Assembly: GCF_009914755.1 (NCBI RefSeq)
Contig: NC_060945.1
Length of the DNA stretch: 64,000 nt
Reading direction: 5' to 3' (one strand)
Source: the human T2T-CHM13v2.0 reference genome, Homo sapiens
Shown: positions 27,101-43,042 of the stretch, piece after piece
Position numbering within the stretch: the stretch's first letter is position 1
Layout: each line of letters starts with the position of its first letter
Notes under the pieces: model-generated
What the model was told of the DNA's origin: nothing
The model's input: only the letters and a program-made list of their open reading frames with translations
The model's database searches: none
Made by a program: the position numbers and the translations under genes

Positions 27101-28289
27101 TTATTTTAGCTTCTTTGTGTCAAACTCAAAGAAGCCTCACATAAATGATCAAAGACTTTTTGGTGGATCTTCCAAACGTACATGCCGGGAAGGCCTGCTT
27201 GCACTTTTTCCTTCAATCCTCTAAAATGAAGGTTTTGAAGATGCTTGCCAATGGAACGTTGTGCCTTACAGCTATAATATTTTTTAAAAGGCATTCAGTT
27301 TAAATTAATATATTTGGCCAGACAACTGTATTAAAATTCTTGTTGTTTTTTCTGTTATAATGGTAGCCTGTGGTATGACTAGTCTTCTTCAAAAATATGT
27401 ACAGTTATTGCTTCTCTCTTGCCTGGGGTATATCATGTGTTTTTCATTTGAGTGTACATTGCAATACCTCATTAAAACCAACACTTAGGCTACACAAAAG
27501 TCTTCATATCATGCCGCAAAGGGCGTAAACTAACGTGGAAAGTTTCAGAGCCTCATAACTCATTGCATATACCTCTTATACTAGCTGCTCAACTGATATT
27601 TAGCTCTCCTGGATGATGTCACAGTTTTTATCCTCTTAAAATAGCCTGCCTTCAGAAAATATATAGTTTCCTTCATGCACTAATCATGGGGAGTTACGAT
27701 GTAAATAGAGCCATTTTTTTTCTTATACAAGGAACAAGTGCTCTCACCCTCCTCCCTTCTCTCCCTCCCCATACACAGAAGCACACTTCACTTCACTTAT
27801 ACTAAACACTTCACTTATACTTACACTGCAACAAAGAGTTGCAAATACATGCAAATAAAGCCTTTATAACTCCCCTCTCTCCTGCTGGACAGCTCCTTGA
27901 CTCAAGTATTTCCGAAGACAGACACTCTGATAAGGGTCTGCTCTGAGCTTCATTCTCAGCATACAGTCCTGGGATTATTTACCTACCAATATTCACCTCT
28001 GCATGAACCAGTAAGTCATTACTGACAAGAAAAAAACAATTTGTGATTTTTTTTAATGTCACAATTTTTCTTTTTAAGGTTTGGGAGAGAAAGTTGTTTT
28101 GAATGTTTCATCAGTTTCTATTGCCAAATGAACACCTGTTTCAGAGTCCCTGAAAGTCACACATCAGAAGCTTCTGACTTCAACATATAGTCTGCTTTGA
28201 AGAATTATTTTAAAAAAGCATTGACTGCTTGAAGATAAGCAAGTGACACTCAATAGCTTCATTCTTTAGTCTTAGAAAATAATTTTTAC

Positions 28290-29230
28290 ACTTCACACCT
28301 ATTAGGATGGCTACTATGAAATATAAAAAAAATTAAAAATAACAATGGTGGCAAAAATATGAAGAAATTAGAACCCTTGTGCACTGCTGGTGGGAATATC
28401 AAATGATACAGCCTCTATGGAAAACAGTATGGTGGCTCCTCAAAAAATTAAAAATAGAATTACCATATGATCCAGCAATTCTACTTCTGGGTATATATTC
28501 AAAAAAATTTAAAGCAGGATCTCAAAGAGTTCTTTGTACAGCCATGTTCATGGCAGCATTACTCACAATAGCCAAAAGGTCAAAGCAACCCAATCGTCCA
28601 TCCACAGATGAATGAATAAACAAAATGTGGCATACAATAAAATGTCATTCAGTCTTTAAAAAGAAGAAAATTTGGACACATTGTACAATATAGATGAATC
28701 TTTTTTTAAATTAAAGTGGTTTTTTTAATCGTTTTATTTTAAAGTTCCGAGGGACATGTGCAGGATGTGCAGGTGTGTTACATAGGTAAACGTGTGCCAT
28801 GGTGGTTTGCTGCACCTATCAACCCATCACCTAGGTATTAAGCCCAGTATGTATTAGCTATTTTCCCTAAGGCTCTCCCACCCCCACCATCCCCCAACAT
28901 ACACCATAGATGAATCTTAAGGACATTATGCTGCGTGAAATAAACCAGTCACAAAAAGACAAACAGTGTATGATTCTACTTATGTGAGGTACCTAGAGTA
29001 GTCCAAGTTCAGAAAGTAGTAATAATGGTTGCCAAAAGGTGGGAGCATGCAGAACACGGGGAGTGTTGATTGACATCAAGTTTCTGTTTTGCAAGGTAAA
29101 GAAGTTCCAGAGATTTGCTGCACCAACAATGTGAATATACTTAACACTACTGAACTGTAAAGTGGTTGTGACTACAGATTTTATGTTTTATGTGTTTGCC
29201 ACAACCAAAAATAAAGATTAAATTAAAAAA
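28290..29230 (+). mobile_element. L1MB 3' end, interrupted by a short L1PA
   Basis: ORF2 C-terminal-like HCWWE...LWKTVW...ELPYDPAI and L1MB-type 3'UTR (tgtgaatatacttaacactactgaactgta). Confidence 0.85.
28703..28905 (-). mobile_element. L1PA (PA8-like) 3'UTR fragment with TSD
   Basis: catgtgcaggatgtgcagg...tgcacctatcaacccatcacctaggtatta; 13-bp TSD atagatgaatctt at 28690-28702 and 28906-28918. Confidence 0.9.
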
Positions 29231-30149
29231 TAAAAGATTTTATAGCACCTATCACTTACCAAACCCACTGTACATCTTACACTCGTGAATATTTTATGAT
29301 TTTCAAAACACCTTTATTTTTTTCCCTTATTTGTTCATTCCTTCATGTATAACCCACAATGTGTTAGGTTATGTGCTGGGCAGCCTGGAAGACCCAAAGA
29401 CGAATTAGGGAAGTACCCTATATTTAAAGCCTTGCAAGGACATAAATATCAGTAATATAAAGTAAAATATGTTCACTGCTGAAAACTGCTATACTTCCTA
29501 GATTTTTCAATTCAATTGCAATTTCTAATATTTTGCCATGTTGATCCCACAAATTCACTTGTGTTTAAAAGTTAACGTGCTTGATTATCATACAGCTGCT
29601 TCTTTCATAAGAGGAATACAGATAAAACGCTATGGGATTTCAGGGGGAGAAAGAACTTCTTATTAAATTCATATTTTCAACCAATAAGAAAACACAATTT
29701 TTTTTAATCAACACTATCTTCTTGGTGCTTTTTTCACATCTCATCCTCTTTCCTCCTTTACCCTGCCTAAGCAACCATTTCTGGACCCAATCTTGGGTTA
29801 TTACATCTGACGGCAAGTGTTATGTGGGCCATGGACCATGAGCAATTAGCCCCCTCTCTACTCCTAGGGATGGAGTACATGTGATGATTTCCATCAGACT
29901 CAGATTAAATATCTTGCTGGTAAGTTACCCCTAAAAATCGATTAATGGACTCTCCAGGTAGACACTGAGGTAATCTCCAACCAAACCTGACTTATACTTA
30001 GGGGCTTTGGAAGCCCACCAGAGTCATCAAGCCATATCTCCACCTAGGCTCTATACTGGAAAGCTGGTCAGTAACACAAAGAACAAGCCATTTGGGAAAA
30101 CAGCCCACATGAAAAGAACTGTGGTTTCAAGAAGAGTCATTCCATCCCA

Positions 30150-30435
30150 GGTTTAAAATACTCTTCTCCTCTTTATCTACCTTGAGGACTCCTATCTATC
30201 CTTCCATACCAGATCCAGCCTCATCTTCTAAGTGAAGCCCTCCTCTGGGACGTCAGCCTCTCCTCTGCATCCCCTAGCATTTTATGCATCCTCTGTTAAA
30301 GCAACTGTTTGCACAGCTGTATCCACCACTAAACTTAGAGGCAACAGACCATGGCTTTGAATGTGCAGAACCCAACACAGAGCCTGAGACCTAGTGGGTA
30401 TTCAGTGCATGTTGAAGGGAAGAATGAATGCATGA
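30150..30435 (+). mobile_element. L2 3' end fragment
   Basis: ...acagagcctgagacctagtgggtattcagtgcatgttgaagggaagaatgaatg. Confidence 0.5.
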
Positions 30436-30719
30436 GCAAACAAGACAATGTGGAAGTCTGTCATCAGTATTTACATTTCAAAATGCAAAGTGAAAATTGT
30501 GCAAATCTCTAATCAAGCTGTACTTTAAAATGCTAAATTGATTTGGCTAAAAATATTTCAACACTGAAATTTCTTTTTGCAAGTTAAGTCTTCGCATAAC
30601 CAAAACAGAGAAGAACATATCAATGAACTAAATAGATAAATTTATGGCTGACAAAATCTCAAGATTTAGTGTGTGAGAGGAAAGTAAAATTCAATGTGTC
30701 CTTGAAAGTTCTGGGGTCT

Positions 30720-32130
30720 AAGATATACAGGCCAATGGAATAGAATAGAGACTTCAGAAATAAACTATTGCATATATGGTCTGATAACTTTTGAAAGTGG
30801 TTCAAAGATCATTTAATGAGAAAAAAAGGAGTCTTTTCAACAACTGGTGTTGGGAAAACTGGGTATACATATGCAAAAGAAAAAAGTTGGGCTCTTACCT
30901 TATACTATATACAAAAATTAACTCAAAATAGAACAAAGACCAAAAAATAAAAGCTAAAACTCTAAAATTCTTATGAGAAAACTCTAAAATGCTTAGGGAA
31001 TAACTTCATAACACTGGATTTCACAAGCCTGTCTTGAATATGACACCAAAAGCACAGGCAACATAAATAAAAGAGACAAATTTGCCTGCACTAAAATTAA
31101 ACACTTTTGTGAATCAAACAAGCTATCAACAAAGTCAAAAGACATCCTATAAAATAAGAGAAAATATCTGAAAATAATTTATCTAATAAGGGATTAATAT
31201 CCAGAAAAAAAAATATATATATGTATATAACCTACAACTCAACAACAACAACAAAAACAACCCAATTTAAAAATGGGCAAAGGACTTGAACAGAATTTTT
31301 TCCAAAGATAACACTAATGGCCAATAAGTACATGAAATTATGCTCAACATCACTAATCATTGGGAAAATGCAACTCAAATCCACAATGAAATACTTCGTA
31401 GCCATTAGTATGACTATTACCAAAAAATCAGAAAATTACAAGTGCTGGTGGAGATATGGAAAAGTTGCAAATCTTATGCACTGGTGGTGGGAGAGTAAAA
31501 TGGGAAAGTCACTATAAAAAACAGTCTAGTGATTCAAAAATTAAAAATAGAATTAACATATGATTCACCAATTCCGCATGAAGATAGCAGGAAATTGAAC
31601 TGATATTTGCACATCCATGTTCATAGCAGCATTATTTACAATAACCAAAAGGTGGAGGCAACCCAAGTGTCCATCCACAGATGAGTGGATAAACAAAATG
31701 TGATATACACATATCATGGGATATCTTCAGCCTTAGAAAAGGAGAGAAATTCTGACATATGCTATAACACAGATGGACCTTTGGAAAGTTAAGAGATTGT
31801 CTTATTTATCTTACGCTAAGAGAAATAAGCCATCCACAAAAGGACAAATGCTGTACGATTCCACTTGTGTGAGTTACCTAGGGCAGTCAAATTCACAGAA
31901 ACAGAAAGTAAAATGATGGTTTCCAGGGGCTGAGAGAAGGGTAGAATGGAAAGCTATTGTTTAATGGGTTGGAGTGTCAGTGTAAGAAAATGAAAAAAGT
32001 TCTGGAGATGGATGATGGTGAGTTTTGCACCACAATGTGAATGTATTTAATACCACTCAACTGTACACTAAAAAATGGTTAGGATGATAAATTTTATGTA
32101 TATTTTACTATAACAAAAAGTCATAAAAAT
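30720..32130 (+). mobile_element. L1MB ORF2 end plus 3'UTR
   Basis: ccaatggaatagaatagag...aaatgggcaaaggacttgaa...gttctggagatggatgatggtga...aactgtacactaaaaaatggtta. Confidence 0.85.
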
Positions 32131-32984
32131 CAAACATGGTTCTTCTCATTAAAAAAAAAAGAAGATTCCTGGGTCTAGTTGGTTCTCCCTCCTTCTTAGT
32201 TCTTGGATCAAGGAGATAGAATTGTGTCCAAAGTGACCAAGTGACCTACGGAGTAATGGGCTTCCATCTAGCCACTCCCTGCTTTATGACTGAGCTGCAC
32301 TGGGAGAGGCATTGTCAGGGGAAATTCCAGGTTTCTAGAATTGGTATCTAGCCAGAATTTGTCCCAGGGCTAAGTGGCTAAGGCAGTGAACTAGTCTGTC
32401 AGCTTCTCTGTTTTAAATGGAGTCATGTAATTCCATTACATACCCTTTGCTTTCAACTATATGGCCAAACATGACTGGCCAGCAGGCTGGGGGACAGAAG
32501 ACATGTGGGCTTGTGCTTGTTATCTGGAATTGAAAAGAGCTCTTGGCATGGTTCTTGTTCAAGCTCCATGGTTGACTAGCACATGACCACCAAGAGAGCT
32601 ACTGTACTTCTCCGAGACTCATTTTCTCTTCTGTAAAAAATGACTGAGTTTCTTTCACAGTGCATAAATCTTTTCCTCCAGGAACAGAGACTGCCCAGGG
32701 CCTGTCCAAGACAACTAGGAAACCAGAGCAGCAGTTAAGCCATTCCTGGGCAGGAATAAATGAGCAGATGTCAGCTCTCAGAATCTCAGTTTTCTCACTC
32801 ATAAAATGGAAAAGAATACTATTTCTTTTATGTCATTCACCATATTGTGAGCTGAAGGCACTTTAACGATGCTGAGGCTGTAAACTAATGCATAATGTGA
32901 TGTTTATCATTCTTCACCTATGTTTTAGTTACTGAGCATCTCCTGACACCAGAGAGGACGCAACAAAAATCACAACTCCTAGAA

Positions 32985-33290
32985 CTGCACAGTCTAAATG
33001 GCAACCACTAGCCCCTGTGACAACTGATCACTTGAAAAGTGAGTAGTCCAAATTAAGATGTGCTGTAGGTGCAAAATATATGCTGGATTTGGAAGATGTT
33101 CTATGAAAAAAGTATCTCATTAGTCATTTTTATATTGATTACATATTAAAAAGATTCCATTTTGGCTATGCTGGACTCTTCAGATATATCCTGGGAGATT
33201 GTATTAAAAGAAAATACATGATGGAAATTAGTGTAGGTAGTTACTAGAAAATGTAAAATTACATGATTCACATCCTATGTTCACTGTTCT
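32985..33290 (-). mobile_element. MER33-like hAT-Charlie
   Basis: caaccactagccc...tagtccaaattaagatgtgctgta...ttttatattgattacat...actagaaaatgtaaaattacat. Confidence 0.75.
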
Positions 33291-33660
33291 AGACATATAA
33301 ATATAACTTTGAGTTATTTTTAAGCATGAGAAGACAGAAATCGACGAATAAAGTGAAAAAGCTAAAGATTAAAGATACTTACAAATCATTGTTGTATTTT
33401 TTAAGAGGTCATTTTGAGCATATTCCTTACCATTGAAGCCCCTGCCTGTCTGGCTCCTCTGCCCACCTTGTTTTGCTAATGGGTCATGCTCCTATATGTG
33501 CATAGACGAGGAGCGGCTCTCAGGGACTGACCGTAAGCATAGTCAGCACAGCACGTATACCCATGCTCTGACCCCAGGTTGGCGTCTTGGAGGGTGAAGC
33601 ATTTTCCCAGTCCTTCTTTGACTCATCACAGAGGTATAAAACAGCGTCTCCAACACGTGA

Positions 33661-33957
<297 letters not shown>

Positions 33958-33984
33958 TAAAAGAAAAAAAATATTCAAACATAT

Positions 33985-34172
33985 TTGGTTTCTTATTGAG
34001 GTGAAGTTCACATAACATGAAACTAACAGTTTTAAAGTGAACAATTCAGTAGCATTTAATTAACAATGTTGTCCAACCAACACCTCTGTCTAGTTCCAAA
34101 CATTTTTGTCACCCCAAAAGGAAACCACGTGCTCAGAAGGCAGTCACTCCACATCACCCCTCTTCCTAGTCC
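33985..34172 (-). mobile_element. L1MB 3'UTR terminal fragment
   Basis: ttattgaggtgaagttcacataac...ttccaaacatttttgtcaccccaaaaggaaacc. Confidence 0.75.
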
Positions 34173-35539
34173 TATGCTTTGCACACAACTGACTCACCCT
34201 GACAGTTATAACCTAAAAGTTAAATAAAATTATTAGTAAACTGCAAACCCCTGGCAAGTGAATTACTTAATATCTCTTAAAATCCTGACATCAAATGATT
34301 CCCCTGTAAGGCCATGAGATGATAAGAACATCCACCTCCCTCTCTTGCTCCAGTGGAATGAAACCCCCTCCTCAAGGAGGGTTACACTCAGGCATAGGCC
34401 CGATCACTCATCATATATTGACAGATGTGCAGGCCTGAGACCCCGCCTTCTGGAGCTTTCTAATGCTCCTTGTTTCTCAATCCAATCCTTGCTAGGAATT
34501 AGGCTCTTCTGCTGAATGTAAAATTTTTCCATCTGCCTCCATAAAGTATGTGCCACCTGTCAGCTGACTGGTCAACCCCAAGCTCAAAGTATATGGACAT
34601 TTTGGGGGTGACAATGGTGGGCATACATCTTTAGCAAAGATTAAGAAGGTACCAGAGGAGGACCAGCACAACCCAGCAATGCAGCAGAATCCATCAGGAA
34701 AGCTTTGGCTCTGGGTGGAGCTCCTTGCTTTAGCTCTGCCTTTGAGCGCTTGGGTGGCTGGGGAGGCACTGGGGTGGAAGGGAAGGAAGCAGGAATTCTT
34801 GCGCTGCAAATTTCACTACACTTGACCACAACTTGGAGTGGAAAGGGCACTGTGGTGCGTCTATCTGGCCTTCCTTTACAAGCCTTAAAATGCTGTGGAA
34901 TCCATCTGGATGGAAGACGCCATCCAATTATAAATCCTTAGGATACTTTTTATTGCCCTTTAAGAGTTCTGATGCTTGCTCTTCCATACCCATATGTTTC
35001 TGCTTAAGAGGCTTCATTCAAATCAAATTGGAAGAGAAGTCCAGATTACCCAACTACAATTACCTGAGCAAAAATCCCCTCAATTATCTTGGTAATCCAG
35101 ATAAATTCGGAGTACAAAGGTGAGTTGCCTGGATAGCACTGGCTAAGAACTGCTTTGTCTCCCATTTCACCTTGCATTATTATAATCTACTTGATTACAC
35201 TTCATTTATAACAATAGGGAGGGCTTGTTTTATGCCACACATTGCCACTTGCTCAAGTGTAAAATAAACCTTAAATGACTGATGTACTGCTAAATTTATC
35301 TCAAAAAACAATCATAACAGGAATCTTAAGGCAATAAAGTCAAACAAATAGAATTTTACAGAATTTAAAAATTATTTTGTGAGTGATTTATGCTAAAATA
35401 CCTCAAATTTATTTCAAAAACAGTCTTACTTAAAACTGACTTAAAATATATGTAGGATAAATAATCTGTAGTGAATTTAACGAAACTTCAGCAATTCAAA
35501 TGAATGCACGTTATTCTTCTTAAAAACAGATATCCTGAA

Positions 35540-35705
35540 AATATCCATCAGGATAAATAGCTAATGCATGTGTGGCCTAATATCTAGGTGATGGGTTGAT
35601 AGGTGCAGGGAACCACCATGGCACATGTTTACCTGTGTAACAAACCTGCACATCCGGCACATATATCCTGGAACATAAAATTAAATTAAATTAAATTTTT
35701 AAAAA
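35540..35705 (+). mobile_element. L1PA (PA8-like) 3'UTR fragment
   Basis: atagctaatgcatg...ggtgatgggttgataggtgca...aacaaacctgcacatcc; TSD-like ttaaaaacagatat / ttaaaaagcagatat. Confidence 0.85.
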
Positions 35706-35758
35706 GCAGATATTTGGAAAGTACCAATAGCTTCAAAGTAAAAATACTCTATACACTG

Positions 35759-36059
35759 TTTTTGTTTGTTTGTTTATTTTCGTTTTTGTTTTTCTTTTTT
35801 GAGATGGAGTCTCGCTCTGTTGCCCAGGCTGGAGTGCAGTGGCGTGTTCTCAGCTTACCACAACCTCTGCCTCCTGGGTTCAAGTGATTCTCCTGACTTG
35901 GCCGTGCCACCATGCCCAGCTAATTTTTTTACATTTTTGGTAGAGATGATGGGGTTTCACTGTGTTGGCCAGGCTGGTCTCGAACTCCTGACCTCGTGAT
36001 CCACCCGCCTCAGCCTCCCAAAGTGCTGGGATTACAGGCGTGAGTCACCGCGCCTGGCC
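35759..36059 (-). mobile_element. AluS (Sg-like) with ~25-bp internal deletion in the right arm
   Basis: cttggcc joined directly to gtgccaccatg near 35903; TSD tatacactgtt / tatgcactgtt. Confidence 0.95.
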
Positions 36060-37294
36060 TATGCACTGTTAATTTTATCACGACAGTTATAAATCCATCA
36101 AGATGTCCTGTGATTTTTCAACACAAATTACTCAAATTATGAACTTCTCTGTGTGCATTTTCCACTGGCTTGTTTATGAATCCTGCTGATATGTCTGCTA
36201 CAATTTCTCCAAAGGCTAAAAGATGTTTACAGGACAAATGACATCATGACCATGTCAGGCTTAAATGTGTTTATATCAGTTGGGTTTAGAGGGTCTTCAA
36301 AACATGGCTTTAAAATCTCAGTTATTATGGAGCTTAATGTGTTCCTGATGTTTCTGGAGTCATGTATTTCTAAAAATAGAGAAATAGATTGGTTAAAAGA
36401 AAATGAATTGTTGGTCTAATCTGTCTTATGCATGGCTAACGAAATGCATTTTCACTCTCTTCCGTGATAATACGACACTTAAAACTGTGAGGACCAATGG
36501 GGTGATAAGAGACAAAATAAACAGTAAATAGATACTCCATGTGAGTTACTACTCTGTAATAGATAGAAAAGATATTTTATAGAAAAGGGAAAATACCCAC
36601 AGACATATAAGCAATGTCCTGTGGTTGCTATCAAATTTACTGTTAGCTGTTTAAAACTGCCTTAAAGGTTTTTTAAATGTGTCTTTTCTACCATAGATTC
36701 TTTAGACGACAGCCATCAAGCAGCAAATACCTCGCAGGAGGCCATTGTGTTTCTATTTGAACTTCTATGGATGTCAAGCTCTGTTCTTCAAAATTTAGCC
36801 CTACAGATGGGTGGCCCACCGGAGAGAATTAATCTCACTATGCAGCCAACACTACCCTTTCTGGATCTTTCCCCAGTAGTGTGGATTCTGCTCTAGTCCA
36901 GAATTATGCAGAATAAGTATACTTCATCTTAGACACCATAATTCTTCAAATATCTAAAATGTATATTATGCTCTCCAAATCCTGGTCATCTCCAGGTTAA
37001 GTATCTCTCAAAAACAGTCCATCAGATAATATGATTTTAAATCTTTATCCCCTTGGTCATATACCCACAATCTCATTCTATTTACCAATATCCCTACTGA
37101 TGTATAAACTACATATGTATATGTGTGTTTTTTTTTAAAAAAAAAAAAGCAATTCCACTGTAATTTTAGCAGAGGTTATTTCCACATAGAGCTATGTATA
37201 TGTGTATATACACATATCTTTATATTATATAGTTTTCTGTGCTTTCCCAGTTATCTACAATGGGCATATATGACTTTTATAGCCAGGTAATTCA

Positions 37295-38260
<966 letters not shown>

Positions 38261-38519
38261 AGTATTTCTCAGGTGGTACCAGTGGGATCTGCAGAGAATA
38301 CATAGTTAAAGGAAATGTCTGGAACTAAACATGACTCTTCAAACGTGATCCTACTGTGGCAGAAGAGAGGCGACTTTACATTTCCTTTCCCAGGATATCT
38401 TATTCTAATGAACACAGAAACCGTAAAATCAAGCCAACCAACATGATGAAAATGATTATATAAGGTACACAGCCCAGGCTGGATTTGAACTGATGAGGGA
38501 AAAAAAATCTCTAGTGAAA

Positions 38520-39995
38520 ATTCCTCTCTCTAACCACAGCCTTCTCTCCTTCCATCTCTGCCTCACCCTTGCTCTTTCTGAAGCCTTCCTGGATGCTCAT
38601 GAAGCTCTCTCCTTCTTTGACTCATCCTATTTTCCCAGGACCTTTATCAACTCAGGGCTCTTCTCCCCTCCCCACAGTCAGCTCACTGTGCTCTGACTAG
38701 TTCCCTGAAATTGCTCATCCTCTTACTAACCAGGAAGCTTCTACCCGCTCTTGGTCTTCTTTCTCCACCCCAGTGCCAAAGAACTAAGCACTGATGGAGA
38801 AAAAGCATGCGGCTAATACTGTCTGTCTCTACCACAAATCTCATAATTTTTAAAATCCATTTGGAATTTACATTCACTCCTTAACTTCTTTTCATTCACT
38901 CCTAATTCACTTCCTATATAATTCTCTACACAGCTGCTGAAAACCTTCCTTTCTGCTGCCTCTTACCCCAAAACTACTCTCACATTACTCACAAAGGTTG
39001 ACCTTGTTTTCTATATACTTTTTTAGAGTAACGAAGCCATAAAATGTAAGTTCTTTCAACCTGGACCTCCCACTCTTGGGATTTCTCAATAGCTTCACCT
39101 GTATTCTCCCCCTTCACTCTTGACTCAGAGGTAAACGCTCCCTTGCTCCCAAATCCTTTAGCAACGTAGGGTTGATAATTGCTCCTTTCCAAATTTAATC
39201 CCTGCATCTGCGCCCCTGAGACAGACACTGCCATGATTTCCCAGCTTGCTGTCTTCTCCCTCCTGCATCTCCTCCCTTTCTCTGTGACGGATATTTTCCC
39301 TGTGCAAGAGAAATTTCTTCTGCCCTAAAATAAATAATCCAAAACATCTCTTGACTCCACTTAAGCTAACATTCAATATCTCACTTTCCCTTGTATTAAC
39401 AAAAGTTAATTGAGTCAGTACGGTGCTACAATTCTCAGACACAACGATAAACATGATAGAGACCATCAACATGCCTTGGCATTTTGCCTGCTTTCTCTTC
39501 AATTACTTGCAACTTGGCTTCTACTGAGCTCCACTGAAAAAGCTTTCATGACATGACCACATCCAATCCCAAAGAAACTGTCCCCTTGCCCAGTGGTCTT
39601 CAAAACCCTCCAACTCCACAGTGTCTCATTAACTCCAACTCATTTCCTACTAAACATCTCTTCTCAGCTCTTCAAAGTCAAAGATTGCGAACCAAATCTA
39701 CAGACTTCTCCTCTCTTCTCCTTTGGGTCCAACTCCATCCTTCTCCATGAAACTTCTTATTCCTAGAAATGGTGTCTGCACCTTTTAGGCTTCCAGGCTT
39801 GAGCCTAGAGTCATCTTTAACTCTTTCCATACCCAGACTCCCAAGACCCAGTCAGCTGTTTAGGTGTCTCCTCTGTATGCAGCACTTACTGTCATTGCCC
39901 TGGTCCATCTCCCAGAGCCCACATCTTGTCCCACTGTCTGCAAAGCCTTTCCTATATGCTGGATATAAGTGCAAACTCCCCCTAAAATCCCATTG
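38520..39995 (+). mobile_element. Old L2 fragments
   Basis: C/T-rich L2-like segments (aaccacagccttctctccttc, ttggcttctac...ccactgaaaa, cctagagtcatcttta). Confidence 0.5.
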
Positions 39996-42192
39996 AAGTT
40001 TTTACTTTTTTCTATCTTCTTTTTTTACTTCTTTTTATCTTCCTCTACTCACACAGAAGTGCTCCAATTATGAGGACCTTATTTTATTCCCTTTACTGTC
40101 AAACACAAAGCCAACATGCCATACGAAAAGATAGTACTGTGCTTCCTTCAGTGCCACTCTAGCACGCCCACTCCAGCACACCCTTCTTGTGCGGGTGTAT
40201 GCTCATGTGATACTATCACAGGCAACACTTACTATGCAATACGTTTTCCACAATCACAATATTTCCACAATATTGTGATATGAGCTCATTCTTCAGGCCT
40301 TGACACAAGCGCCCACAAACCTAAGAGAATGCATTTTCATTTTTATGATACACAGTTTTCGACTGCTCCACTCTGGCTGCCAAGGCATTCCTCCTCCAAA
40401 TCACAATGTCTATATCAAAAGAAGAACAATGAGGGAGAGCTGGAGGTAGCGCTAAGAAACAACCTGGTCCAGCTCCCAGGTCTCATAGAGAACACTCAGA
40501 ACACGCTTGTTAGAGGTATCTGCTCCTGGCCTCAGCTTCTCAGAAGCAATTACACATCTTCTGGGTAAACGTGGAGTGTGCAGCACAGAATACCAAAGCT
40601 GAGCTTCCCATTGTACCTGGTTGTTGATCTCCTCGTTGACCTCCCTCAGCTGAATATTTCTTAAGAACAGTGTTCAATTAATCCAACTATCCCTGGTGGC
40701 TGGCAGGATGAATCAGTTATGACTTATTTCATGTTTGTGGGTGGGTGTATGAAGTGGTCCTCAAAGGAGATTTTTGCTCTCTGCAGACAGTCTGCCTGTC
40801 TGTAGGTCACTTCCTGCCATTTCCTTTGAGTGGGAATATGAGCCAGGGTGTTGGAAGAAGGAAGAGTCCAAAAGATGTCTCAGGGAATGTCCCATAGCCA
40901 TTGGCCTGGTCTGCCCTAGATAACTTCTGAGCCAGGTCACCCTAAAGTGCTACATGAAAAGTCATGGATTTTTTTTCTAACTTGTTGATCTCAAATGTCG
41001 TGATTTGGCATGAATATCTAGCTTCCCATGTTGCAGCTATGGATTTATTCTTGCCAAAATATTGGGGATTGGGCTGGAGAGGGAAGAAGGTACGAAGATG
41101 CATTCTGTGTTGCTCAACAAGATCTGCATGGCCTCAACCAATGCGTGTTTGACCATATGGATATTTACAAACCCCACCATCAACTCACCAAAATGAAGAG
41201 TGTCTTAGACTTATTCTCACAAGACAAGAGGGAACGCTGCCTCTAAGGAGTCTCTCTGGGACACCTGGGAGAGATTTATTTAATGGTAAAGCAAGGAAAG
41301 GAAAAGATGAACAGTGACCTGCAAATCATTAAAGAGGGCGACTCGATCATAGGCAAGGGCTTTTATTAGTGCTAAAATTCCACTTCAAAGTTTGCTGATT
41401 CATGGATGCTTTTTGTTTTGCTGTTTATGTTGTAGAAACTGATTTGATTTTCATAGACAAAATAACTAGGCATTTATAACCACATATAGGTATGAAAGAA
41501 AGATAAAATGATGCCCTTAGCCCAGTCAGAAATACTCTTAACCATCAAAATAGTTCCCTGAATCTAATAGGCCAACAATATTCCAACACCAGAACCTTTG
41601 CTACCATAGCCAGAATTTTTAAGACTGCACCACTGTTAAGTAGAGGCAATTTTTAATACTTAGGGTCTAACCACAAGGCATAAAATGCAAAAAAAAATTA
41701 CATAATCCTGTACTTTTTAATAATTAAATGAAAATACATAGACTCTAAGCAGGAAAATATCTGAGATCCTTAAAACGGTATAATCATAATTGTTCTACAT
41801 TGGTAATATGTGTGATGATATTTTTCTCCAAAAAAAATTCTCTACCATTTCATTCTCTTTAATTTCTTCTAGCCCGTAAGGTCTAGCAAAGAGGAATACC
41901 TGAAAAGATGCAAATTGTACCCCTGTGCTGTTCAATGACAGCAAAAATTGCAGCTCCCCAACCCCACCTCTTATGTCCCCTGAGCAATCTGTGATCACTT
42001 GAGGGTGAGGACAGTATATTGCCCCAATAAACTGGCTTTCCACCAAGTACCACCAAGAAATCAAAACAGCTTTTATTTTATTGTGTCATCATATATAAGT
42101 TAATAGTTCATAATTAGTTCAAAATTTAAAATTATGTTCTAAAAATAAAGCTTTCTAAGTCAATGTAGGCAACGATTCCAAGATCCTTATAG

Positions 42193-42537
<345 letters not shown>

Positions 42538-42602
42538 AGTCATATGATTTCTAAAGAGAAACTGAACAGTTATTTGTAGAAACTCTGCAAAGCATGACTT
42601 TG

Positions 42603-43042
<440 letters not shown>

